From Nitrospirota bacterium (lineage in GTDB: Bacteria > JACPQY01): DNA of 64,000 bases. Location: assembly GCA_016180645.1 (NCBI GenBank), contig JACPAV010000008.1, positions 1 to 64,000 on the forward strand, given 5' to 3'. The translations under genes and the position numbers were made by a program. Position 1 is the stretch's first letter; every line of letters starts with the position of its first letter. This document shows positions 41,221 through 49,651 of this stretch, piece after piece. Under the pieces are notes generated by a model, which was not told the DNA's origin, ran no database searches, and saw only the letters and a list, made by a program, of their open reading frames with translations.

Positions 41221-42162
41221 GTGGAGCACCATCACCACCCCCGTCTGGAGAACCACGATCCCGATTCCGACGAGGCGGCATGCAAGCCTCGGGAGCAGGT
41301 TTCCACCCGCCTCCTTTGGATTGTAGGCATTTCGGCCGCCATGATGGTGGTTGAAATCGTCGGCGGCCTGCTCTCCAACAGCCTCGCCCTGCTCTCCGAC
41401 GGATTCCACATGTTCACCCACGTGGGTTCGATTCTCATCAGTTACATTGGAATCCTCGTGGCCACTCGTCGGGAATCCGAGAACCAAACCTTCGGCTACT
41501 GGCGCGCCGAAATTCTCTCCGCCTTGTTCAACGGCGTGACGCTCCTGCCGATTGTCGGATACATCGTTTATGAGTCGATTCAGCGCTTCAGGCATCCCGA
41601 TGTCGCTCACGTCAACGCCAAAGTGAGCCTGGCCATCGGGGCCGCGGGCCTCGCGGTCAATCTCGTCGGCGCCCTGCTCCTTCACCACAAGCACGAGGGC
41701 GACCTCAATGCGCGCTCGGCCTTTCTCCATCTTTTGGGCGACATGTTCTCCTCCGTCGGCGTGGTCGTCGCAGCCATCATGATCATGTTCACGGGATGGG
41801 ACCTCCTGGATCCCCTCATGAGCCTGGCCATCGGTTTCATGATCCTCCTCTGGTCGGGGCGCCTCATTCGCGAGTGCGTGGGGATTCTCCTTGAATCGGT
41901 CCCGAAAGGAATTCGTGTTCCGGACGTTCGGGAAGCCATTCTCAATGTCGGCGCCGTGCGAGAGGTCCACGATCTCCACATCTGGCAGATTACCAGTGGA
42001 ATGCCGATGCTCACCTGTCACGTGGTGGTCGATGACATGCCCCTGGCCCAAAGCGAGAGCGTCGTGAAGGATATCCATACGCTGCTCGATCGCCGCTACG
42101 CCATCTCCCACTCGAACATCCAGGTGGAGTCCGTTGCGGCGACGCCGCCCCCTACAGGTTGA
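41221..42162 (+). CDS. Cation diffusion facilitator (CzcD/ZitB-like)
   Basis: SNSLALLSDGFHM, TFGYWRAE, DLNARSAFLHLLGD, VHDLHIWQI. Confidence 0.92.
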   Translation: MEHHHHPRLENHDPDSDEAACKPREQVSTRLLWIVGISAAMMVVEIVGGLLSNSLALLSDGFHMFTHVGSILISYIGILVATRRESENQTFGYWRAEILSALFNGVTLLPIVGYIVYESIQRFRHPDVAHVNAKVSLAIGAAGLAVNLVGALLLHHKHEGDLNARSAFLHLLGDMFSSVGVVVAAIMIMFTGWDLLDPLMSLAIGFMILLWSGRLIRECVGILLESVPKGIRVPDVREAILNVGAVREVHDLHIWQITSGMPMLTCHVVVDDMPLAQSESVVKDIHTLLDRRYAISHSNIQVESVAATPPPTG

Positions 42163-42197
42163 CTCTTCACTCATCACTCATCACTATTCACCTCCGT

Positions 42198-42412
42198 GGA
42201 GAGGTGGCCGACCAGCCATGGACGGCGCGGCACTTGCCGACTCAGGTCGAGCAGGATAGCGAGACAAGAGCAACGGCAAGTGGCGGAGCGAGGCCAAGTA
42301 ATTTGGGAGAGGTGGCCGAGCGGCCAGCCACGGAAGGTGCGGCACCTGCCGCAAGAAAGCCGAGCGTGACGCGAGGCAGTGCCAACGGCAGGTCAGCGAG
42401 GCCGGGTAAATT
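42198..42412 (+). repeat. Two tandem units (108 and 107 nt), each starting with the tRNA-Ser 5' end
   Basis: GGAGAGGTGGCCGA at 42198, 42306 and 42413 (the tRNA itself); homologous structured bodies. Confidence 0.85.
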
Positions 42413-42501
42413 GGAGAGGTGGCCGAGCGGTCGAAGGCAGCCGCCTGCTAAGCGGCTGGGCTGAGAAATCGGTCCCGTGGGTTCAAATCCCACCCTCTCC
42501 G
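42413..42501 (+). tRNA. tRNA-Ser(GCT)
   Basis: GGAGAGG/CCTCTCC acceptor stem, anticodon arm GCCGC-CTGCTAA-GCGGC, long variable arm, GGTTCAAATCC T-arm; CCA not encoded. Confidence 0.93.
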
Positions 42502-42622
42502 TACATGGATGTACGGCCCTTGAAGATGCCGGGAGGGTCAGGGCGACCCGGAAGGCTGCGGAAAGGGCCGCGGAAGTGAACCGAAATGCGGGAATGCAAT
42601 CCGTTGAATCCCTCCCTCTCCG
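42502..42622 (+). repeat. GGA-rich tRNA 3'-linked unit ending in a near-duplicate tRNA 3' end
   Basis: Ends GAATCCCTCCCTCTCCG versus tRNA AAATCCCACCCTCTCCG. Confidence 0.75.
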
Positions 42623-42627
42623 ACTCC

Positions 42628-42657
42628 TTGACCCTTTCCCCTTGGGCAGGTTAGACT
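42628..42657 (+). promoter_or_regulatory. Putative sigma70 promoter for the rSAM gene
   Basis: TTGACC-N18-TAGACT, 10 nt before GTG 42668. Confidence 0.45.
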
Positions 42658-42667
42658 ACCCATACCC

Positions 42668-43798
42668 GTGAGGGAAACAGAGACCGTCAATCGAGAGAAC
42701 TCCGTTCTCGCCAAGGTGCGGCGGACCGTCTTCGAGAAGTGTATTCCGATCAACGCCACGCTCGAAATCACTCTCCGTTGCAACCTCCGCTGCCACCACT
42801 GCTACAACTTCGACCGCGCGGAACCGTATTCCGCCCATCGCGCGGGGTTTGAGCTTGCCACCGCGGAAATCTTCAGAATCATCGACGAATTGGCGGAAGC
42901 AGGCACACTCTATCTCAATCTCACGGGTGGTGAAGCCACGCTCCGCCCTGATCTCATGGACATCATTCGTCGGGCACGGCAGCGACACATGATGGTCAAG
43001 ATCAAGTCCAACGGACTCAGGCTCGACCCGTCGAGGGCTCGGGACATAGCCTCGGCTGGGGCGTACGGGGCAGACATCAGCCTGTATGGCTTCAGCGAGG
43101 CCACCTACGCATCCTTCACCCGGACTCCCGGCTCTTTCCGCCGCGCTCTGTTGGGGATTGGGGCAGCGCGAGAGGCGGGACTCCGCGTCCATCTTTCCAT
43201 ATGTATCCTCCGAACGAATCTGCACGAAATCGAAACGATGGCAGACTATGCCAAGTCCCAGGGACTTCCTTACAGCCTCGATCCCCAGATCACCGCGCGA
43301 TACGACGGCACCAAGAATTCCTCGGATCTCCGGGTGGACGCCGCCACCCTCGCATCGTTGTACCGCGGCATCCTCCGCGAAACCGTCACGATTCCCAATT
43401 CACCCCCACACCTGCCCCCCCAATGCTCCTGCGCCCGCTCCACGTGCGGCATTACGGCTTTCGGAGAGGTCTACCCGTGTATTGGAGCACCGCTGGCCGC
43501 GGGCAACCTCCGGGAAAGCAGCTTTGCCGACATCTGGGCTCACTCCCCGGTGCTGCAACGGATTCGTGGCCTGACCTTGGAAGATTTCCCGACCTGCAAG
43601 CCCTGCTCCTACCGCGCGCAGTGTCGCAGAAGCTCAGGCGCCGTCTACTCCATTACCGGCGATTACACCGGAGCAGAGGATTGGACGTGCATGGAGGCCG
43701 AGATCCTGCACACGATAGCGCGCGAAACCCCGGGGAACCCGGCTCCATCCGCATCGCCGCAAGGTTCGGTCCGCCGGTTTTCCGTGGAATTGAACTGA
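42668..43798 (+). CDS. Radical SAM/SPASM domain protein, putative peptide maturase
   Basis: CNLRCHHC, LTGGEA, SPASM-like CSCARSTCGITAFGEVYPC...GNLRESSFADIW...CKPCSYRAQC. Confidence 0.9.
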   Translation: MRETETVNRENSVLAKVRRTVFEKCIPINATLEITLRCNLRCHHCYNFDRAEPYSAHRAGFELATAEIFRIIDELAEAGTLYLNLTGGEATLRPDLMDIIRRARQRHMMVKIKSNGLRLDPSRARDIASAGAYGADISLYGFSEATYASFTRTPGSFRRALLGIGAAREAGLRVHLSICILRTNLHEIETMADYAKSQGLPYSLDPQITARYDGTKNSSDLRVDAATLASLYRGILRETVTIPNSPPHLPPQCSCARSTCGITAFGEVYPCIGAPLAAGNLRESSFADIWAHSPVLQRIRGLTLEDFPTCKPCSYRAQCRRSSGAVYSITGDYTGAEDWTCMEAEILHTIARETPGNPAPSASPQGSVRRFSVELN

Positions 43799-43812
43799 GG
43801 GAGGTACCGCTC

Positions 43813-43977
43813 ATGGCAAATGAAAAGCGTTCGGAAGACGGCCCACGGCCGCCCAAGATACCCTACGAGACGCCCCGCATCCAAAGCGAAACGATTTTCG
43901 AGACCCAATCGCTCGTCACCTGCGGAAAAGTCAGCAGCGATCCCGGGTGCGTGACGGACGGTTTCCTCGACAGCTGA
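43813..43977 (+). CDS. Putative RiPP precursor peptide, 54 aa
   Basis: SD GGGAGG; MANEKRSEDGPRPPKIPYETPRIQSETIFETQSLVTCGKVSSDPGCVTDGFLDS; YxxP leader motif; two Cys in the C-terminal part. Confidence 0.75.
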   Translation: MANEKRSEDGPRPPKIPYETPRIQSETIFETQSLVTCGKVSSDPGCVTDGFLDS

Positions 43978-44046
43978 TCCAAGGTGACTTCCCCCTTACC
44001 CCCTTGCCGGAGCGCGAGAACACGAGAGGCTCCAACACGCCCTAGT

Positions 44047-44469
44047 TCAGCCTTTTTTCCCGCCCCGGAGCCAGCTCAGAAAGACGAGGCACAGGAACGC
44101 AATGCTCCCGTCCGTCACACCGTTCACCAAATAGAGGAACGCCTTGGCGCTTCCGAAGTAGAACGCCAGACTCGTCCCCGCCGAAACCCCCTTCGCCACC
44201 GTCAGCGCCCAGAGCGATTTCTTGTTGCCTACCGGGTCGGCCTGTATGAAGAGCGCCAGAAGGGTCACCGTGGCCATGTAGGCCACCGAGAGTGAGAGCC
44301 ACAACAGGGCCCCCGTGTCGGGCACATCGGCGAACATCCCGATCCGGTCGCCGAGATCGTTGAAGAAATGGATGAGTCCATTCGGCGTCCACAGGAAGAT
44401 CAGACCGACAATCAGAAACGATGCCGCATAGATCCGCATGAACAATACGATAATGTCCTGTTTCTTCAT
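44047..44469 (-). CDS. Small multi-pass membrane protein
   Basis: About four hydrophobic helices; SD AGAGAGG; follows the GMC gene. Confidence 0.7.
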   Translation of the reverse strand: MKKQDIIVLFMRIYAASFLIVGLIFLWTPNGLIHFFNDLGDRIGMFADVPDTGALLWLSLSVAYMATVTLLALFIQADPVGNKKSLWALTVAKGVSAGTSLAFYFGSAKAFLYLVNGVTDGSIAFLCLVFLSWLRGGKKG

Positions 44470-44496
44470 GATGTCCTCTCTTTCGATTCCACTTCT

Positions 44497-46422
44497 CTAT
44501 GACTTCACGCCCTCACGCAACCCAAATGCCACTTTCGTGGCCAGCGCCATGATCGTGACTTGCGGGTTGACATGCGGCGTACCGGGCAGGAGGCTCGCAT
44601 CCGCCACGTACAGGTTATCGATTCCGAACACGCGGCCGTCCGCATCGGTGACCCCCTCATCATCGTTCGCCCCCATCCGACACGTTCCCATCGGGTGGTA
44701 GGCCGAGAGCTTGAGCGACGATCCTTTGGCGCGATTCGTTGAGATCTTCGGCACATCCTCAGCGCGACTCACGTCATCCAGTCCCGGAAGGATGGTGAAC
44801 ACGCGCTTCGCACCGGCCGCAAAGTAGATCTGCGCGCCCCACTCGATGGCCTGTTTCATCCGAAGCACATCCTCGGAGGTCATCGAATATCGCATCACCG
44901 GTCCAAAGGGGGTGAAGGAGACACGGCCCTCGCTCCGGTCGGACAGGATGACTCCCAGTGTAGAGACGTTGCGATAACGTGCCACCAATTCCTTGTGCTT
45001 CAACCCCACGAAGGGCAGCGTGCCCGCCGAGTAGCTCACGATCGGCGGCGGGAAGGTGGCCTCGAGGAGGATCCCCTTCTCGTGAAGATCGTGCACGTAG
45101 TAGCACTGCATCACGCCCTTCCATCCCAGGATTTCCTCGTCGAAAAGCGCCGCGATGCCGCATCCAGGATGAATGCGAAGATTGCGTCCGAGCAGCGCGT
45201 GGCGGTATCCGCTGCGGTGAAGGAGCCAAGGCGTATAAATCGCGCCGGCAGCCAGTACGATCCGACGCGCGCGTACCCGGATGCGCCCCGCGGGTCGCTT
45301 CGTTTGCGGATCGAGGAGCTCGGCCTCAAGGCCCACAGCGCGGTTGGCCTGGAACTCCACGCGGGAGACCCGGCACCGGGCCACGATGACGGCGCCCTTC
45401 TCAACGGCGAGGGGGAGGTAGGAGAGGTGCATCGCCTGTTTGGCGTCGGTCGGGCATCCGAAAGCGCACTCGCCTGAGCCGTGGCAGTCGCGAACGGGAC
45501 GCCGGATCGGTCCGTGATCGGAAATGCCAAGCGCCTCCGCCCCCCGTTTGAGCACTTCTCCGTTTCGGCTCATGATCTCGTCCCCTACCGGTTGGATGTT
45601 CAGAATCCGCTCCACCCGATCGAAAAGCGGGGACATGGCTTCCGGGTCCATGCCGGCAATTCCGCGCTCCCCAGCCCACTCCGCCAAAACAGGCTCGGGG
45701 GTCCGGAAGCACGTTCCAGAATTGACCACTGTGGTGCCCCCCACGGCGCAGCCCATGGGGAGCAGAATCGGCGGTGTCCCGAACGTCGTAGTGAACCCGT
45801 GACTGCGGTAGAACCGCCCAACCCGCTCGAGCAAATCGTGACGGTCGAAGTCGGTCCGGGTGGCCGGTCCGCCCTCCTCCAAGATGAGGACCTTGAACCC
45901 CGCCTCGGCCAGCTCCTTGGCTACGATGGCCCCACCTGCTCCCGACCCCACCACGCACACGTCGCATTCCCACTCCTCGTCACGGATGTCCGGATACATC
46001 CGGCAGTGGAGCGATGGGGAGTCGCCGAAATCGCGGGAGCGCGGTTTCTTGGACAGCCCGTCATACCCCACCGCCCTTTGGACCCGCTCGTCGCTCATGT
46101 AGAGGAGTTCGCAAAAGAGCTTGAAGATCATCGCAAGGTTCTTGCGGATGGGGTTCCTGCTCGTGTCAGACTCCCCAAAATAGGCCAAACGTGCCTCCGG
46201 AGTGAGTCGGAGGAAGGTGTGACCCGAGGTCAGGACTACCGACGCGTTGAAAACTCGCAGCAATGTGTCGAACCGCCGGGCCAATCCGCGCGGCATGCGA
46301 TCCAGAATGGATTTGAGTCGCTCCGACATCGGCATGTCCGCCGCGCCCAGCGAAAGATCGCCGCCCTGCGGGAAGAGCGTATCGGCTACAGCCGCCAAGA
46401 TGTCTTCGGGTGTGGTTCTCAA
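44497..46422 (-). CDS. GMC family oxidoreductase with N-terminal gluconate-2-dehydrogenase subunit-3-like region
   Basis: DVCVVGSGAGG, VGGTTVVNSG, C.FGCP, AYHPMGTCRMG, NLYVADAS, VNPQVTIMALA; TTG start overlaps the pfkB stop. Confidence 0.88.
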   Translation of the reverse strand: MRTTPEDILAAVADTLFPQGGDLSLGAADMPMSERLKSILDRMPRGLARRFDTLLRVFNASVVLTSGHTFLRLTPEARLAYFGESDTSRNPIRKNLAMIFKLFCELLYMSDERVQRAVGYDGLSKKPRSRDFGDSPSLHCRMYPDIRDEEWECDVCVVGSGAGGAIVAKELAEAGFKVLILEEGGPATRTDFDRHDLLERVGRFYRSHGFTTTFGTPPILLPMGCAVGGTTVVNSGTCFRTPEPVLAEWAGERGIAGMDPEAMSPLFDRVERILNIQPVGDEIMSRNGEVLKRGAEALGISDHGPIRRPVRDCHGSGECAFGCPTDAKQAMHLSYLPLAVEKGAVIVARCRVSRVEFQANRAVGLEAELLDPQTKRPAGRIRVRARRIVLAAGAIYTPWLLHRSGYRHALLGRNLRIHPGCGIAALFDEEILGWKGVMQCYYVHDLHEKGILLEATFPPPIVSYSAGTLPFVGLKHKELVARYRNVSTLGVILSDRSEGRVSFTPFGPVMRYSMTSEDVLRMKQAIEWGAQIYFAAGAKRVFTILPGLDDVSRAEDVPKISTNRAKGSSLKLSAYHPMGTCRMGANDDEGVTDADGRVFGIDNLYVADASLLPGTPHVNPQVTIMALATKVAFGLREGVKS

Positions 46423-47327
46423 ACCTTCGACAGCGCCAGCAGGTCCATGCGGCGCCGACTCACATCCGCGGCCTTCACATTGGAGAGCCGGTGGACTCCG
46501 AGATCCTCGACGGCGAAGGACGCCGCCGCGGAGCCCGTCACAACGGCCTCGCGAAGAATGCGGTTCGTCACCTTCCCCTTTGAGGCCAACCATCCCATGA
46601 AGGCACCGGCGAATGTGTCGCCCGCGCCCGTTGGATCCACGGCATGTTCCAGGAGAAACGCAGGGGCGAAGAAGGGCTGGTGTCCCTTGACGAACAGGAG
46701 CGAGCCCGCGTCGCCTCGCTTCACGACCAGAATTCTCGGTCCCCATTCGTGAACACGCCGCGCGGCCTGCGGGTAGCCTTCCTCTTCGGTCAGGAGCAGG
46801 GTCTCTTCATCGTTGATCATCAAGGCGTCGACCCGCCGCAACGTGGAGATCAGTTCTTCCCTCCGGGTCCTGATCCAGTGATCGATCGTATCCATTCCGA
46901 CAAACACGGTCCCCTTGGCCTGACGAAGAACGTTGTCCTGAAGTCCGGGTTCGATGTTCGCGAGAAACACGAAGGGTGATCGACCGTAGGCCGCCGGGAG
47001 TGTCGGCCGGAAATCGGAAAACACGTTCAGCGCGAGGTGGACGGTCTCCCGGCTCTTCAATGCCGCGGAATACCGGCCGTGCCACCGGAAAGTCAGCCCT
47101 TTCTCCTTCTTCACCCCTCGGGTATCAATGCCGCTCCGCTTGAACACATTCCAGTGGGAGGCAGGAAAATCATGGCCGATGACCGCCACCACCCGTGTCG
47201 GGACGAACAGTGAACAAGCCAGGGAAAAATAGGTCGCAGAGCCGCCGACGCATTCTTCGACCTTCTGAGAGGGCACCTCAATGGTGTCGAGAGCCACCGA
47301 GCCTACGACGAGAACGGGCTTGGGCAT
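46419..47327 (-). CDS. PfkB family carbohydrate kinase
   Basis: VVGSVALDTI, GGSATYF, VDPTGAGDTFAG. Confidence 0.9.
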   Translation of the reverse strand: MPKPVLVVGSVALDTIEVPSQKVEECVGGSATYFSLACSLFVPTRVVAVIGHDFPASHWNVFKRSGIDTRGVKKEKGLTFRWHGRYSAALKSRETVHLALNVFSDFRPTLPAAYGRSPFVFLANIEPGLQDNVLRQAKGTVFVGMDTIDHWIRTRREELISTLRRVDALMINDEETLLLTEEEGYPQAARRVHEWGPRILVVKRGDAGSLLFVKGHQPFFAPAFLLEHAVDPTGAGDTFAGAFMGWLASKGKVTNRILREAVVTGSAAASFAVEDLGVHRLSNVKAADVSRRRMDLLALSKV

Positions 47328-47415
47328 GAGGCGCAAACTGTAGCACGCGCCCCATCCGTCCCGCAAATATTCACGATCTTGCGAGGAATCTTGAAGACAG
47401 ACGCAGGAAACGAGT

Positions 47416-48306
47416 TCAGGAGCCGACGATACAGCGATCGCGGCCTTCGTGCTTGGCCTGGTAGAGGGCTTGGTCGGCCTTGCGCAGCGCTTCTTCGGAG
47501 GTCCATTCGCGCGAGGCGATCCCCGACCACACGCCGACGCTCGTCGTCACCGAAATGCGCTTTCCCGAGAAAGAGATTCTCATCTCCGCCACTCCACGCC
47601 GGAACTTTTCCGCGAGCTTCTTGGCGGCCTCCGCATCCGTTCGAGGGGCCAAAATGGAAAACTCCTCACCTCCGAACCTGGCGAAGATGTCCTCCTTCCG
47701 GAGGGCGGCACTGCCCACCTTCGCGATTTCTTGAAGGACCTGGTCACCGGCCACGTGGCCATGCTGGTCGTTGATCTTCTTGAAATGGTCGATATCCGCC
47801 AACAGAACGGCCAGATGCACCCCTGACCGCCGCGTCTCACTCAGTTTCTTATCGAGCTGTTCCAACAGGTACCTCTTGTTGTACAGGTCCGTGAGGCCGT
47901 CCCTCGTCGCCATGCGATACATTTCCTCCAAGTAGGCGGCCTCCACGTCATCGGCGAAGAGACACTTCATGGCGGTCGTCCCGATGTGGACTCGATCCCC
48001 GTTCCTGAGCGTCATGCTCGTCACACGCTCTCCGTTCACATAGGTACCGTTGGTGCTGTACAGATCACGTACGACCACGGTTCCCTCTTTCAGCACGAAG
48101 TTGGCGTGAAGCCGCGAGACATACTCGTCGGTGGCCAGCCGGATGTCCGCCTCGGCGCCCCGCCCTACTCGGTTCACACCGTCGTGGATCTCGAAACGCG
48201 TCCCACGCACATCTCCCGTCAAGGCGACAAAGCACATCCTGGCGCCCCCCTTTGGAGCGGCGGCAGGGGCCGGTTGAATGCGTGTCCGGTCTTTCTTTCG
48301 GCTCAT
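47416..48306 (-). CDS. FHA-GGDEF diguanylate cyclase
   Basis: FHA (VGRG..VSRLHA..DLYSTNGTYVNG); DGLTDLYN, DIDHFKKINDQHGH, RKED I-site, GGEEF. Confidence 0.92.
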   Translation of the reverse strand: MSRKKDRTRIQPAPAAAPKGGARMCFVALTGDVRGTRFEIHDGVNRVGRGAEADIRLATDEYVSRLHANFVLKEGTVVVRDLYSTNGTYVNGERVTSMTLRNGDRVHIGTTAMKCLFADDVEAAYLEEMYRMATRDGLTDLYNKRYLLEQLDKKLSETRRSGVHLAVLLADIDHFKKINDQHGHVAGDQVLQEIAKVGSAALRKEDIFARFGGEEFSILAPRTDAEAAKKLAEKFRRGVAEMRISFSGKRISVTTSVGVWSGIASREWTSEEALRKADQALYQAKHEGRDRCIVGS

Positions 48307-48327
48307 GACGTTCCTCCGCGCTCCGGT

Positions 48328-48945
48328 TCAGTCCTTTACGGGTTCGTTGAAACGCCCGTGGCACTTCCAACTCCCCGCGATGGTCTCGCGGACGATGCCC
48401 GGCTCCACAAAATTGCACGAATAGGTTCCCGTTTGAGCCTGGATACTGATCGTGCAGTCCTGCTTGGCATTGAAGAAGCTCATCGCGCCCTTCCCCACCA
48501 AGTATTCGATCCCCTTCTGATCGATGTAGGCATCCACCTGCACGGGCTGCCCATTCTTCACGGCGTAGCCGGACGATCCGAATGTCCGGTAGTCGCCCGT
48601 GACCCCGGGTCCTTCGCCATCAACTCCCGCAAGGACCAGGAGCGGGATGTTCGGCCTGGCCTTGCCCAGATCAGCGATGGCCACGCTTACTTCTTTCTTC
48701 TCCGAACGGCAGATGACATACGGGTCCGTACTTCCGGCGAACACATCATCGAGGTTGGCTTCGACCCTCCCGGAAAACCCCGCTTCACCGGTCCCTCGAA
48801 CCTCCAGAAAGATCTGTTTGGCGCGGGCCTCCTCGACCGCCACGCCGTTGGACGACCCCAGTTCCTCATCGCAGGCCAGTCCCGTCATCGCGGCCAGCGC
48901 CGCGAAGCCGGTGCCAAGACTTCTACAAAAGTGTGGCCGCCGCAC
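48328..48945 (-). CDS. Hypothetical lipoprotein
   Basis: Signal peptide with lipobox GLAC; no recognised domain. Confidence 0.6.
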   Translation of the reverse strand: MRRPHFCRSLGTGFAALAAMTGLACDEELGSSNGVAVEEARAKQIFLEVRGTGEAGFSGRVEANLDDVFAGSTDPYVICRSEKKEVSVAIADLGKARPNIPLLVLAGVDGEGPGVTGDYRTFGSSGYAVKNGQPVQVDAYIDQKGIEYLVGKGAMSFFNAKQDCTISIQAQTGTYSCNFVEPGIVRETIAGSWKCHGRFNEPVKD

Positions 48946-49651
48946 GATCCACCATCCAAACGAGTTTACCCGATTCCGGTTTCACCCTGCCGCTCGGCAG
49001 GGGCTCAAGATCCCGGATGACCCTCTTCAGCGTGTCTGCCTTGTCCGCTCCCGAGACCAGAAACATCACGCATGAGGCGTGATTGATCGCGGGGAATGTC
49101 AGCGTGATGCGAAAGGCCTGGAACTTTTCCACCCACGCCGAGGTCACCCACCTCTCGCGATCCTCAAGGGCGGTCGTTCCTGGAAACAGCGACGCCGTGT
49201 GCCCATCCGGTCCCATGCCCAGGAGAATGAGATCGAACCGTGGCCAACCCCCTCCATCCGAGCTAAAGAACGTTTTCAAATCGGCCTCATAGGAGCGCGC
49301 GGCGTTTGAGGCGTCCGGTTCCTCTGCGGGTACGCGATGAACATTCGATTCCGGCGGACGAACTACGGACAGCAGTGTCTCCCGGGCGACGCGGAAATTG
49401 CTATCCGCGTGGTCCGGCGGGACGTGCCGCTCATCGCCCCAAAAGAAATGGATCTTTTCCCAATCGATTCCATGGTTCGTCGCGAGCAGCGAGTAGAGTT
49501 TTCCCGGCGTGGAGCCGCCGGAGAGGGCCACGGAAAAACGACCTGAGCCGGCGATGGCTTCGCGTGAACGCCGCGAGAATTCCTCAGCCGCCGCCGCCGC
49601 GAGCGCATCGGCGTTTTCGAAGACGCGGATTTCGGCCCCGTGCGGATTCAG
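48923..49651 (-). CDS. pgl: 6-phosphogluconolactonase
   Basis: VALSGGSTP, FWGDERHVP, LLGMGPDGHTASLFP; conserved N-terminus extends to a CTG at 49651. Confidence 0.92.
   Translation of the reverse strand: MNPHGAEIRVFENADALAAAAAEEFSRRSREAIAGSGRFSVALSGGSTPGKLYSLLATNHGIDWEKIHFFWGDERHVPPDHADSNFRVARETLLSVVRPPESNVHRVPAEEPDASNAARSYEADLKTFFSSDGGGWPRFDLILLGMGPDGHTASLFPGTTALEDRERWVTSAWVEKFQAFRITLTFPAINHASCVMFLVSGADKADTLKRVIRDLEPLPSGRVKPESGKLVWMVDRAAATLL

Noticed and set aside
42198-42430. CRISPR array reading of three regularly spaced repeats
   Set aside because: The repeat is the tRNA 5' end (14-18 nt), the spacers are ~90 nt and homologous to each other, and no cas genes are present.
42486-42622. 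attL/attR of a prophage or genomic island at tRNA-Ser
   Set aside because: The duplicated 3' ends enclose only ~100 nt and no integrase is in the window; a degenerate scar cannot be fully excluded.
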